Of a stretch of 56,893 nt of DNA, positions 8,797 through 16,953 are shown piece by piece. This DNA is from a virus (taxonomy: Duplodnaviria; Caudoviricetes), in the IMG/VR virus record IMGVR_UViG_3300032287_003360, positions 1 through 56,893 of that record, one strand, 5' to 3'. Numbering within the stretch: the stretch's first letter is position 1; each line of letters begins with the position of its first letter. The notes under the pieces were generated by a model, which did not search any database, was not told the DNA's origin, and saw only the letters and a program-made list of their open reading frames with translations. A program made the translations under genes and the position numbers.

Positions 8797-10238
8797 CAAC
8801 GATTAATTATACAGCACCCCCAACCTGCGCCCGTTTCATGAAGTCAGAGGCGTTCGGACGCCTGATCGCCGGTCCTGTCGGCTCCGGCAAGACTACTGCC
8901 TGCCTTTTCGAGCTTTTCCGCCGCGCCTGTGAACAGGTGCCAGCTTCGGACGGGCTGCGCTACACGCGCTTTGCGATCGTGCGCCAGACCCTTAAGCAGT
9001 TGAAAGACACTGTCCTCAAGGACATTACAAGCTGGCTGAAGGGCATCGCTGAGTACAAGGTCAGCGACAACACGATCTACATCGAAGTAGGCGATATCCG
9101 CTCCGAGTGGCTGCTGATCCCTCTCGACAACCCGGAAGACCAGCGCCGCCTGCTGTCTTTGCAGCTCACGGGCGCATGGATGTCAGAATCAATCGAAATG
9201 GATGTCGCCATCGTCTCGCCACTGGCTGGCCGCTGCGGGCGCTACCCAAGTGCAGCACAAGGCGGCGCTACCTGGTTCGGCATTATCGCCGATACCAACA
9301 TGCCATCTGAAGGCTCGTCATGGCACAAGTTCATGACGCAGACCCCTTCGGACTGGCAGATCTTCATCCAGCCAGGCGGCATGAGCGATGAAGCAGAGAA
9401 CCTGGAGTGGCTTACCCAGACCCCCGAAACGCTCAAATACCCCGTGAACGACGAACGCCGCAAGGCACAAGGGCGTACCTACTACGAGCGTTTCATCCGT
9501 TCCAACTCGCCAGACTGGTGCAAGCGCTATGTTCACGCTGAGTTTGGTGACGACCCTTCAGGCTCAGCAGTGTTCCGCGATTCATTCAAGCGGTCGTTTC
9601 ATGTCGTGGACGAAGTTGAACCAGTGAGCTCTTACCCTCTTCTGATGGGCCTGGACTTCGGGCGCGACCCTTGTGCGATCATCTGCCAGGCGGACCACAA
9701 GGGCCGTCTTCTGGTGCTTGAGGAAATCATCGCTGAAGACATCGGCCTTGAAACCCAACTTCAGCGCGGCATCAAGCCCGTGCTGATGCAGGAACGCTAC
9801 CTGGGCAAGTCGATCGTCGTGGTTGGAGACCCGGCAGGACGCCAGCGTTCGACGTTGTACGAAGAGACCAGCTTCGATCTGATCAAGCGCTATGGCCTCA
9901 GAGCATACCCTGCTCCGACCAACGACATCTCCAAGAGGCTGGGTGCTGTAGAGGCATGGCTCCTGGGCCAGCGCGATGGTGGCCCTGCTGTTCTTATCGA
10001 CGGCACCAGGTGCCCAACGCTCGTCAGGGCTCTCGATGGCGGCTACCGCTATGGCAAAACGCGCGGTGGCTTGCGCAAGCCCAATCCCGACAAGAACGAA
10101 TACTCGCATATCGCTGACGCGTTTCAGTACGCGTGTGTCACAGCGCACGGTGGCATGAGCGAGATGATCGCCAACAGGCTCATGTCGTCCAAGACGCGCA
10201 CATCACGGCAGCGGGTGCGCGCAGGCGCGTGGACTTAA
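8793..10238 (+). CDS. terL: Terminase large subunit
   Basis: Walker A GPVGSGKT, RFAIVRQT, DTN coupling motif, GLDFG and HIADA nuclease motifs. Confidence 0.93.
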   Translation: MTTINYTAPPTCARFMKSEAFGRLIAGPVGSGKTTACLFELFRRACEQVPASDGLRYTRFAIVRQTLKQLKDTVLKDITSWLKGIAEYKVSDNTIYIEVGDIRSEWLLIPLDNPEDQRRLLSLQLTGAWMSESIEMDVAIVSPLAGRCGRYPSAAQGGATWFGIIADTNMPSEGSSWHKFMTQTPSDWQIFIQPGGMSDEAENLEWLTQTPETLKYPVNDERRKAQGRTYYERFIRSNSPDWCKRYVHAEFGDDPSGSAVFRDSFKRSFHVVDEVEPVSSYPLLMGLDFGRDPCAIICQADHKGRLLVLEEIIAEDIGLETQLQRGIKPVLMQERYLGKSIVVVGDPAGRQRSTLYEETSFDLIKRYGLRAYPAPTNDISKRLGAVEAWLLGQRDGGPAVLIDGTRCPTLVRALDGGYRYGKTRGGLRKPNPDKNEYSHIADAFQYACVTAHGGMSEMIANRLMSSKTRTSRQRVRAGAWT

Positions 10239-10251
10239 CACCTAGTAGATA

Positions 10252-10315
10252 AGAAAAACCCCCGGCGGTGAAGCCGGGGGGAAGTTCAGGGAGGAAACTG
10301 CCTCGCAAAAGGCAG
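10252..10315 (-). ncRNA. Candidate suhB/MmgR-like small RNA with anti-SD segment
   Basis: Minus strand: hairpin, TTTCCTCCCTGAACTT, GC hairpin, T tract; upstream TTGCAA-N17-CATAAA. Confidence 0.55.
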
Positions 10316-10322
10316 TTTTTTA
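10295..10322 (+). terminator. Rho-independent terminator of terminase operon
   Basis: AAACTGCCT-CGCAAA-AGGCAGTTT followed by further T. Confidence 0.65.
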
Positions 10323-10544
10323 TGCGCGCTATTTTCAGCGTTTGCAAGTTAATGTTCTGATAATATTATGATAATGTTTGTAATTTGTTATGATGTGAGT
10401 TTGTAAGGTACCTAAAAAACATACCCCCCTACCCCCCGCCCCCCTGTCCAGATGGGGGTGGGGGTCTGGGCATCCCCTCCCTCCCCACCGTCGCATTACT
10501 TCGCCGGGTAACTAGGGCAAGAGGTAACAACGGAGGGAAATAAA

Positions 10545-10974
10545 CGGAGATACTGAGACAGTTGCAGGCTTCCCACCTGTCCCCGGCGCGCGGGAGAGCG
10601 CCAGCTTAAGGTCCCCATGCCATGAGGCATACGCGACGGTCGCCCATATAGGGATGACGGCACGCGAGGTGGACGGTTCGGCCCCACGCGGCACCTAGTA
10701 AGACCGCGCTGCAAGGGGCGAAGCGGGAAGGATTTGAAAATAACATAATCCTAGGCCGCTTCAGGAAGCCGAAACTATCGCACCATTGCATCATGGGGCG
10801 CCGCAAGCCGCAAGAGCGGCCCCGCGCCATAGGTAGTAACTCCGAAAGATCGGCTCGGTTTACGGTTCAATGCCAAAACCGTGAAACTCATTAACAGGCC
10901 GGGAGGTCAGAGCCCCGGCCCTGTTACTTTCCAAAGTTATCATTATGTTACCATTAGATTGCTTTGGAAAGTAA
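10545..10974 (+). ncRNA. Candidate large structured RNA with hammerhead-like basal junction
   Basis: No credible ORF; more than 10 hairpins plus long-range pairs GGCTTCC/GGAAGCC, ACTATC/GGTAGT and CGGAG/CTCCG. Confidence 0.6.
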
Positions 10975-10989
10975 TAGGAGGATAATCCA

Positions 10990-11214
10990 GTGAACCGCAA
11001 TCTCGCAGCCAAAGCCGTCAAGGCGAAAGCCGCTCGCATCGAAGCAGGCAAGCTTGAAGGCAGCAAGGCTGCCTACACCACCAAGATATCAGACCACCAA
11101 AGGCTTGCTGGTGCGCTCGCCTCAATGCCAGACGTTGTTATGGTGGCTGGTGTCACTGTGCGACGGTTCAAGGCCGGGCAGAACATGCGCCAGCATCTAC
11201 GGGCAATGTTCTAA
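10990..11214 (+). CDS. Small basic hypothetical protein
   Basis: 74 aa, AGGAGG RBS at 10976. Confidence 0.7.
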   Translation: MNRNLAAKAVKAKAARIEAGKLEGSKAAYTTKISDHQRLAGALASMPDVVMVAGVTVRRFKAGQNMRQHLRAMF

Positions 11215-11549
11215 ACACAACCTTAGGGTGATATGGGAACCTTGTAAGAACGTCACCTGAAAGACGCCAGCGGCGGTGCTCTCTATTCATATTCTTAATT
11301 CTTAATTCTGTATTATATATATATATGGGAGTAAAGTTGCTGCCATGCGGCAGTGACCCGCCCCCGCATCATCTCATCATCCCATCATCCCATTTTCCAA
11401 AAACCCCGAAATTTTTTATTGAGAATTAAGAATAAGAACTTATCGTTCAATATCAATGACTTAGCTCGTTGATATTCTGAACCGGCTTTTTCGTGTGATC
11501 AATTCCTGTCACGCTCGTGGCGGCACCTTGGCTGGAGCATGTGTCACCT

Positions 11550-11611
11550 CACATAGTTTTGCCACAATCGCACATAGTTTTGCCACAATCGCACATAGTT
11601 TTGCCACAATC
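11550..11611. repeat. 21-bp tandem repeat x3 (iteron/operator-like)
   Basis: CACATAGTTTTGCCACAATCG x2 plus a 20-nt third copy, non-coding. Confidence 0.9.
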
Positions 11612-11676
11612 TGCGAACGTGGTGCGATGACCCGGCAAACAGCAAAAGATCGCTGACGATTTCTTGTGATCACTTC

Positions 11677-11705
11677 TTGACACAAGCACAAGCGCGCTTT
11701 ATATC
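11677..11705 (+). promoter_or_regulatory. Sigma70-type early promoter
   Basis: TTGACA-N17-TATATC. Confidence 0.6.
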
Positions 11706-11708
11706 ACC

Positions 11709-11999
11709 GTGACAACTTTTGATCACATGAGGCACTATCTCGTGGCGACTATTGAACACATGCACGTGGTGGATATTGACAGCATGATATCAGATTTGCT
11801 CACAGAACGTGCCGAGATTAAATCGCGGCAAAGAGATATAGCCCGGCTTTTGCATGCCTTACGCATGAAGAGGCAACGTGGCGTGATGAAAGTTGATCAC
11901 AAGTCCTTGCCTTCAGCTCCCGTGGAGCGTACAGAAATCGAAGCAGTGCTGGACCCCAGCCTGTCAGATAACGAAACCGCCGAGGACATCGGCGGGTAA
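11709..11999 (+). CDS. Hypothetical early protein (start uncertain)
   Basis: Coiled-coil-like; stop lies in a GTAAC half-site. Confidence 0.55.
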   Translation: MTTFDHMRHYLVATIEHMHVVDIDSMISDLLTERAEIKSRQRDIARLLHALRMKRQRGVMKVDHKSLPSAPVERTEIEAVLDPSLSDNETAEDIGG

Positions 12000-12036
12000 C
12001 CTCAAGAAGTAAATCACAACCAAGGAGAACTATCCT

Positions 12037-12810
12037 ATGACTACGCTTGCCCACGACACTCAGAACGACAACCGCTTCGAGCTGGCAATCAAGCGCGCTC
12101 GTGAACTCGGACGCGACTCCGTGAAGAGTGCGCTGTCCAAGCCCAATCTGGCAATCGAGCTGGTGCGCGGCATTGTCGATGACGTCATCGATGATGACAC
12201 CAAGATCGAAGGGCTCTTCGATGCCTATGTGGCGGCGCGCACCAAGGAAGTTGCGAAGCACGCCACGGCCCTGGGGGCCAACGAGGACAACGAGAACTCG
12301 ATCAAGTCCAATCGCTCCAAGCATCGGCAGCTTGCCCTCATGGCGAACCTGCCCATCCTCAAGAAGGAAGAGGACGGCGCGGTTCAGTTACTCGAAGAAG
12401 TAACCGAGCGGCGCACCGCGCTGATCTCTGGCGGTATCAAGGTCAAGCCGACCTATGATGCGTATGTCGATGTTGCGCGGGCACAGCTCAAGCAGGATCG
12501 CGAGCGGATTGGCGGCGACCTGATTGACGCCATCATCGCCAAGCCCGACGCCAAGGAAAGTGAGCTGATCGACAAGCTGATCACTCAGTACAAGGGGGTC
12601 TATCGCCTTGCCGAGAAGATGGCAGCCGACCAGGTTGACGTGACGCACATCGACACAGCGCGCCATGCGCTCGGTGACGCGATCACTGCCTTGGGATACG
12701 AACTCCCGGCCATGACCAAGGAGTCCAAGAAGGAAGCTGAAGTTGTCGGCTTCCTGATGGCCAAGGGGTTCGGCAAGGAGCAGGCGCGCGAGATCGCCCT
12801 GAAGAAGTAA
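12037..12810 (+). CDS. Hypothetical early protein (all-alpha)
   Basis: 257 aa, AAGGAG RBS, strong GC3 codon bias. Confidence 0.85.
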   Translation: MTTLAHDTQNDNRFELAIKRARELGRDSVKSALSKPNLAIELVRGIVDDVIDDDTKIEGLFDAYVAARTKEVAKHATALGANEDNENSIKSNRSKHRQLALMANLPILKKEEDGAVQLLEEVTERRTALISGGIKVKPTYDAYVDVARAQLKQDRERIGGDLIDAIIAKPDAKESELIDKLITQYKGVYRLAEKMAADQVDVTHIDTARHALGDAITALGYELPAMTKESKKEAEVVGFLMAKGFGKEQAREIALKK

Positions 12811-12837
12811 CTTCGCAAGGTAACCCTGCGAAGTAAC
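12807..12837. repeat. Triple GTAAC chain, 13-bp period
   Basis: GTAAC-TTCGCAAG-GTAAC-CCTGCGAA-GTAAC. Confidence 0.9.
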
Positions 12838-12845
12838 GCACAAGA

Positions 12846-13036
12846 TGACGGGCAGTAACCTCCTCCCCTGCCCGTTCCCATCATCACACCGTAATATCGC
12901 ACCAACCAGAGGCTTCCCCAGCGCATAAACGCTTGAGCCTGTGCGGCGGTGTGGTGGTGTGGCGAGCGCACTCTCCAGAACGCCGCAGCTCTGCTGACGT
13001 AAGTCGGGGGATGGGTGCGCTCACCACATCATCACA
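12846..13036 (+). promoter_or_regulatory. Structured leader with alternative pairings
   Basis: 12947-12972 can pair with either 12879-12891 or 13014-13036 using G-U wobbles. Confidence 0.5.
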
Positions 13037-13053
13037 TTACTTCAGGAGGTAAC

Positions 13054-13278
13054 ATGGACTGCAAGCTATGTGGCAAGCCGATCGTCCTCTCGCCGTCAGC
13101 GGCGCACCGCGCTGCCAAGTATGGCGGCGAGCCGGAGGATTACACCAAGCTGTTCACAGTACACAGCGAGTGCGCTAAATCCCAAAACGAAGCAGAATTG
13201 CTGGAATTGCTGATGCGCCGCCGGGAGCAAGTCAAAGCAAATCGTGTCGTGCTCAAGTCAACACCAACGGAGGAATAA
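13054..13278 (+). CDS. Hypothetical protein, CxxC/HxxC possible Zn binder
   Basis: MDCKLCGK...HSEC; ATG follows TTCAGGAGGTAAC. Confidence 0.75.
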   Translation: MDCKLCGKPIVLSPSAAHRAAKYGGEPEDYTKLFTVHSECAKSQNEAELLELLMRRREQVKANRVVLKSTPTEE

Positions 13279-13279
13279 C

Positions 13280-13537
13280 ATGACCTACACCTATCACACG
13301 GATCCCAGCCACGGCTGGCTTGAAGTCCCTGTATCGGACCTCATGGGCCTGGGGCTGAAGCCCGAAGACTTCAGCGAATACTCCTATCGCAGGGGGGAGT
13401 TTGTGTTCCTCGAAGAGGACTGCGATGCTTCCGTGTTCGTCGATGCTTATGTCCAACGACATGGCGCACGCCCCCAGTTCCGTGAAGTCCACACGGACAG
13501 TGACCATCCCATCCGCGCCTATGATCGGATCAAGTAG
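13280..13537 (+). CDS. Conserved phage hypothetical protein
   Basis: TDPSHGWLEV...YSY...FLEEDCDA motif recalled from phages; GGAGG RBS. Confidence 0.8.
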   Translation: MTYTYHTDPSHGWLEVPVSDLMGLGLKPEDFSEYSYRRGEFVFLEEDCDASVFVDAYVQRHGARPQFREVHTDSDHPIRAYDRIK

Positions 13538-13566
13538 CTTCAGCTATTACTTCACGAGGTAACATC

Positions 13567-13782
13567 ATGACATGGGTGGATATACCCAAGCCCGCCGCTG
13601 CTCAATTCAAAGCGCTTGTCGCGCGCCTGCAAGAGCGCCTGACGAATTGCAAAGCCTCGCGCAAATTGAAAGCAGCCAACCCCAACGAATACCAGGCTGC
13701 ATGGACAAGTGGCTATGACGCCTCTCTCGATGACGAGATCGAGTTCCTGAGTGATCTGCTCGCCGCCATCGAGAAATCGTAA
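13567..13782 (+). CDS. Hypothetical protein
   Basis: 71 aa, bounded by motif copies. Confidence 0.75.
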   Translation: MTWVDIPKPAAAQFKALVARLQERLTNCKASRKLKAANPNEYQAAWTSGYDASLDDEIEFLSDLLAAIEKS

Positions 13783-13812
13783 CTTCACGAAGTAACTTCA
13801 GGAGGTAACTTT

Positions 13813-13992
13813 ATGCTCGCATACATCAAAAATGTGCTCACCTGGCTGGGGATCGGACTGCTGGCCACTGCCGGGTTTCTCCTCGGTGTCGCTGTCTGGT
13901 CGCTGATGTTCGGCGCTGTTCTGCTTGCGCTGTTGAGTGCGGTATACCTAGCCTTGAGAGCGTTTTCCTACCTGTTCGAACTCCTGGCGTGA
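13813..13992 (+). CDS. Small membrane protein (not in ORF track)
   Basis: MLAYIKNVLTWLGIGLLATAGFLLGVAVW..., 59 aa, hydrophobic; motif-borne GGAGG RBS. Confidence 0.7.
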   Translation: MLAYIKNVLTWLGIGLLATAGFLLGVAVWSLMFGAVLLALLSAVYLALRAFSYLFELLA

Positions 13993-14007
13993 AATAAGTA
14001 CGCCACC

Positions 14008-14286
14008 ATGTACAGCCATTGCTCCTATCGCATAAATGTCTCGACTTATGTCGAGTGGTTGATACCCAAGAGGGAGCAGCGGATCTTCATCCCAACCTAT
14101 AACGGGACTGTGGCTGACGGGCGAATAGAAAAAAATATTGATGATGTGATATCAAAATTGCCCGCCATCCTGTCTTGGAAACAACATGCTGCCGTCACTG
14201 TGAAGATCACGATGGTACTGAAACACGTGCATACCAACGTAATTACAAAAGTAGTTCGTGTCGTCACCCTGCATTCAATTACTTGA
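14008..14286 (+). CDS. Hypothetical protein
   Basis: 92 aa, weak RBS, stop inside the motif. Confidence 0.5.
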   Translation: MYSHCSYRINVSTYVEWLIPKREQRIFIPTYNGTVADGRIEKNIDDVISKLPAILSWKQHAAVTVKITMVLKHVHTNVITKVVRVVTLHSIT

Positions 14287-14298
14287 GGAGGTAACATC

Positions 14299-14523
14299 AT
14301 GGCACACACCAATGATATCGGGCTCGCAATCGTCGATGGGTTGCACGAGCTCGAACTTGTAGGGCGGTGGGAACGCCCAACATTCGACTGGACAAAAGAA
14401 GATCCAGAAGAAACCGGAAATAAGATCATCCTGAGCGTTGACGCTAGTTATAGTTTCAGCGATCTCATCATCGAATCGTCGGACAACTGCAAATTCCGCG
14501 TGTCGGTGACGCGCATCGGGTAA
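14299..14523 (+). CDS. Hypothetical acidic protein
   Basis: 74 aa, bounded by motif copies. Confidence 0.75.
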   Translation: MAHTNDIGLAIVDGLHELELVGRWERPTFDWTKEDPEETGNKIILSVDASYSFSDLIIESSDNCKFRVSVTRIG

Positions 14524-14550
14524 CTTCACGAAATAACTTCAGGAGGTAAC

Positions 14551-14751
14551 ATGCTCAGCATCGACAGCAAAGACTGGAAGCTGCGATATTTCGATCGCGT
14601 GCTCACGCTTATGTACAGGCCGACAGGGCGCATGCGCACCTATCATGGGCGGGACATGCTGCCGAGCGACCAGCACCTTGTCGCCATGAGCGAGCGAAAG
14701 TTCAATGCCCTGTGCCGAGAGATATTTGACACAGGCGGGCGCGCATGGTGA
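14551..14751 (+). CDS. Hypothetical protein
   Basis: 66 aa, motif-borne RBS. Confidence 0.75.
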   Translation: MLSIDSKDWKLRYFDRVLTLMYRPTGRMRTYHGRDMLPSDQHLVAMSERKFNALCREIFDTGGRAW

Positions 14752-15119
14752 CCCAGACCGTGTCTTATGTAGTCGCTACAGCTTTTTCTAAGCGCCGAGC
14801 ATATAGAGCGAGCGCTAACACGTCCACTGATGGCAAGTCGGTTACTTTACATGGTAGCAAGATCGCATGGTGGAACGATGACGGGTCCGTATCGTTGACG
14901 CTTGCGGGGTACCCTACCCCCACAACACGGGACCGGCTCAACACTATCTGCATGGTACTGGGATACGGTCATCCTTTCTACCAGCAGGGCTTTACTCAGT
15001 ACCACAGCGGGGCAGAAATCGGACAACATAGCGTCATCACATATCACCCGCTCTCTGGGGAGCTTGACCCGGAGAAGTTACTTCAGGAGGTAACTTCGGG
15101 AGATAACTTCGGGAGGTAA
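14745..15119 (+). CDS. Conserved phage hypothetical protein
   Basis: LHGSKIA...GYPTPTTRDRLN motif recalled from early phage genes. Confidence 0.7.
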   Translation: MVTQTVSYVVATAFSKRRAYRASANTSTDGKSVTLHGSKIAWWNDDGSVSLTLAGYPTPTTRDRLNTICMVLGYGHPFYQQGFTQYHSGAEIGQHSVITYHPLSGELDPEKLLQEVTSGDNFGR

Positions 15120-15120
15120 C
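15077..15120. repeat. Quadruple half-site chain, 13-bp period
   Basis: GTTAC-TTCAGGAG-GTAAC-TTCGGGAG-ATAAC-TTCGGGAG-GTAAC. Confidence 0.9.
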
Positions 15121-15121
15121 T

Positions 15122-15442
15122 ATGAAAGACGACAAACTGCGAGTGCTCGTGCATCGGCGCACACCTGAAGGCAAGCTTAGCAGTGAGTTCTATAGAGCAC
15201 ACCCTACTAGCTCCGTCTGGCGTGAAGCTAAAATGCTACGCCGCACCAATCCGTATAAGGTGTACAACCTGTTGCTTGACCATGTAAGTGAACTTCAAGT
15301 CCTGCCAGACTCAACAAAACAGTGGCACGCCGTTATAAAGGACAACACCCACGGCCCTATCTACAAATTGGACGTGGTCCTCGACCTTGGTGTTGACGCC
15401 AAAGTCGTCGCAACTAGACACATACACTACCTTATAGAGTAA
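15122..15442 (+). CDS. Hypothetical protein
   Basis: 106 aa, bounded by motif copies. Confidence 0.75.
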   Translation: MKDDKLRVLVHRRTPEGKLSSEFYRAHPTSSVWREAKMLRRTNPYKVYNLLLDHVSELQVLPDSTKQWHAVIKDNTHGPIYKLDVVLDLGVDAKVVATRHIHYLIE

Positions 15443-15456
15443 CTTCAGGAGGTAAC

Positions 15457-15738
15457 ATGCTCACATCATATCATCGTTTCATGCACACTGCTGCACTGTG
15501 CGCCAGTGCAGTGCTGTTCAAGTGTGCATCCATGGCGCTTGACAGAGCGATTCACCACAAGAGCGAGATGAACGCACGAGCTCGCACGCGATCGTTCGGA
15601 GTTCACCCGCCCTACGAGATGCCGCCAGACTTCCTTCGCCTGGCGCCACCGTCGGCCAACAAGTGGGTTGAAGCAGAACCTTGCTCTGACTTCGATCCGA
15701 TCCACCCTGATTACACGGAAACTTACTCGGAGAAGTAA
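15457..15738 (+). CDS. Hypothetical protein
   Basis: 93 aa, bounded by motif copies. Confidence 0.7.
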   Translation: MLTSYHRFMHTAALCASAVLFKCASMALDRAIHHKSEMNARARTRSFGVHPPYEMPPDFLRLAPPSANKWVEAEPCSDFDPIHPDYTETYSEK

Positions 15739-15739
15739 C

Positions 15740-15874
15740 ATGATCCGCGACTATCTCGTCGGTGCAGCTCTCATGCTCGCCCTCTGGCTGGCAGTCGGCT
15801 GGTGGAACGCGCCAGCCTACAAAGCGTGCGCCAAGTCACACTCCCAGGAGTTCTGCTACACGGTGCTGAAGTGA
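15740..15874 (+). CDS. Small membrane-anchored protein
   Basis: MIRDYLVGAALMLALWLAVGWW..., 44 aa, ATG directly after GTAAC. Confidence 0.65.
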   Translation: MIRDYLVGAALMLALWLAVGWWNAPAYKACAKSHSQEFCYTVLK

Positions 15875-16173
15875 GCTTGTCAGATGACACTGTCGCTGCG
15901 TTGCAGCTACTCATGAGCGACTTGACCCCGGACGAGCGTTGTGATGCGTTTCGCAAAGCGTTCGATGATACCATTATTTTCCGGTCCCCGGTAGGTATGA
16001 AGATCTTCGAAGGCTACATGCACAAGCTTTACGCGGAGCTAAAAGAAGTATGCGAAATCACGGACGGAAGCTCTGGCCTTGGTGTCGTCGCTGTGAAGAA
16101 CCTGCACACCAGGCTCAGAAATGCCTTAGCGGTATCGGGTAGTGCAGCCGCTCTCTGTCATGTAAACATATAA
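15871..16173 (+). CDS. Hypothetical protein
   Basis: GTGA overlap with previous gene; 100 aa. Confidence 0.55.
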   Translation: MSLSDDTVAALQLLMSDLTPDERCDAFRKAFDDTIIFRSPVGMKIFEGYMHKLYAELKEVCEITDGSSGLGVVAVKNLHTRLRNALAVSGSAAALCHVNI

Positions 16174-16192
16174 GATTTGGGAGCAAGAAGCC

Positions 16193-16729
16193 ATGATTAC
16201 TTTGGTAGGTTACTACCCCAAGGCCATCGAGCAGGTATGCAATGATATCGATGCAACGTACCAGCATTGGTATCAAACGGGTATTTTTGTGCTACCTAGA
16301 CCGTTTGTTTTCGATGGGCATTCGTGGCGGCGCAAGCATGACAAAGGCATCAAGCTGCCCGCTTCCGCGCTGCGTAACATCGTCAATCGTGCTGCAAAAG
16401 AGCTCAAGCGTCCTATAATCACCTACAAAAGACTATTCGCGGTCGACGCCGACAATCCTCCTTCTACCAAGTGGCGTGACCGCACTTACCTAGTCCATGG
16501 CGGAGTGCTTGAAATTAAAGGACGCAAGTATCTGTCGCCTATCATAAACCCGCTAATGCTCGTTGCCAAAAGACATTACGAAGTAGGGCAGGATCAGTGC
16601 CCGCTAGTTGTAGAACAAACACCCACGAAACTATACTTTCGCTTCTACGACACTGAACTTCTCGACAGCATGCTTGAGAATTTCCGCACGCGTGAAGAGA
16701 TGCGCGCGGCACTGAAACTACCAACGTAA
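16193..16729 (+). CDS. Hypothetical protein
   Basis: 178 aa, GGAG RBS, stop in the motif. Confidence 0.75.
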   Translation: MITLVGYYPKAIEQVCNDIDATYQHWYQTGIFVLPRPFVFDGHSWRRKHDKGIKLPASALRNIVNRAAKELKRPIITYKRLFAVDADNPPSTKWRDRTYLVHGGVLEIKGRKYLSPIINPLMLVAKRHYEVGQDQCPLVVEQTPTKLYFRFYDTELLDSMLENFRTREEMRAALKLPT

Positions 16730-16743
16730 CTTCAGGAGGTAAC

Positions 16744-16920
16744 ATGGCCCGTGAAAAACCGATCTGCTCCAGGTGCAAGTCAGACAATGTCCGACTGGAT
16801 GCGTTCGCGAAGTGGGATATCGACAGGCAGGAATGGGTCTTGTGGAAGACTTATGACTACAGCCACTGCATGCAATGCGAGGAGGAGACGCGCCTCGTGT
16901 GGGTCGAAGTCGCAGCGTAA
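16744..16920 (+). CDS. Small Zn-ribbon-like protein (not in ORF track)
   Basis: MAREKPICSRC...HCMQCEEE..., 58 aa, bounded by motif copies. Confidence 0.75.
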   Translation: MAREKPICSRCKSDNVRLDAFAKWDIDRQEWVLWKTYDYSHCMQCEEETRLVWVEVAA

Positions 16921-16953
16921 CTTCGAGAAGTAACTTCCAACAGGAGAACAACG

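Noticed and set aside
10496-11066. Short minus-strand ORFs in the control region
   Set aside because: No RBS, atypical composition; dense base-pairing suggests non-coding function
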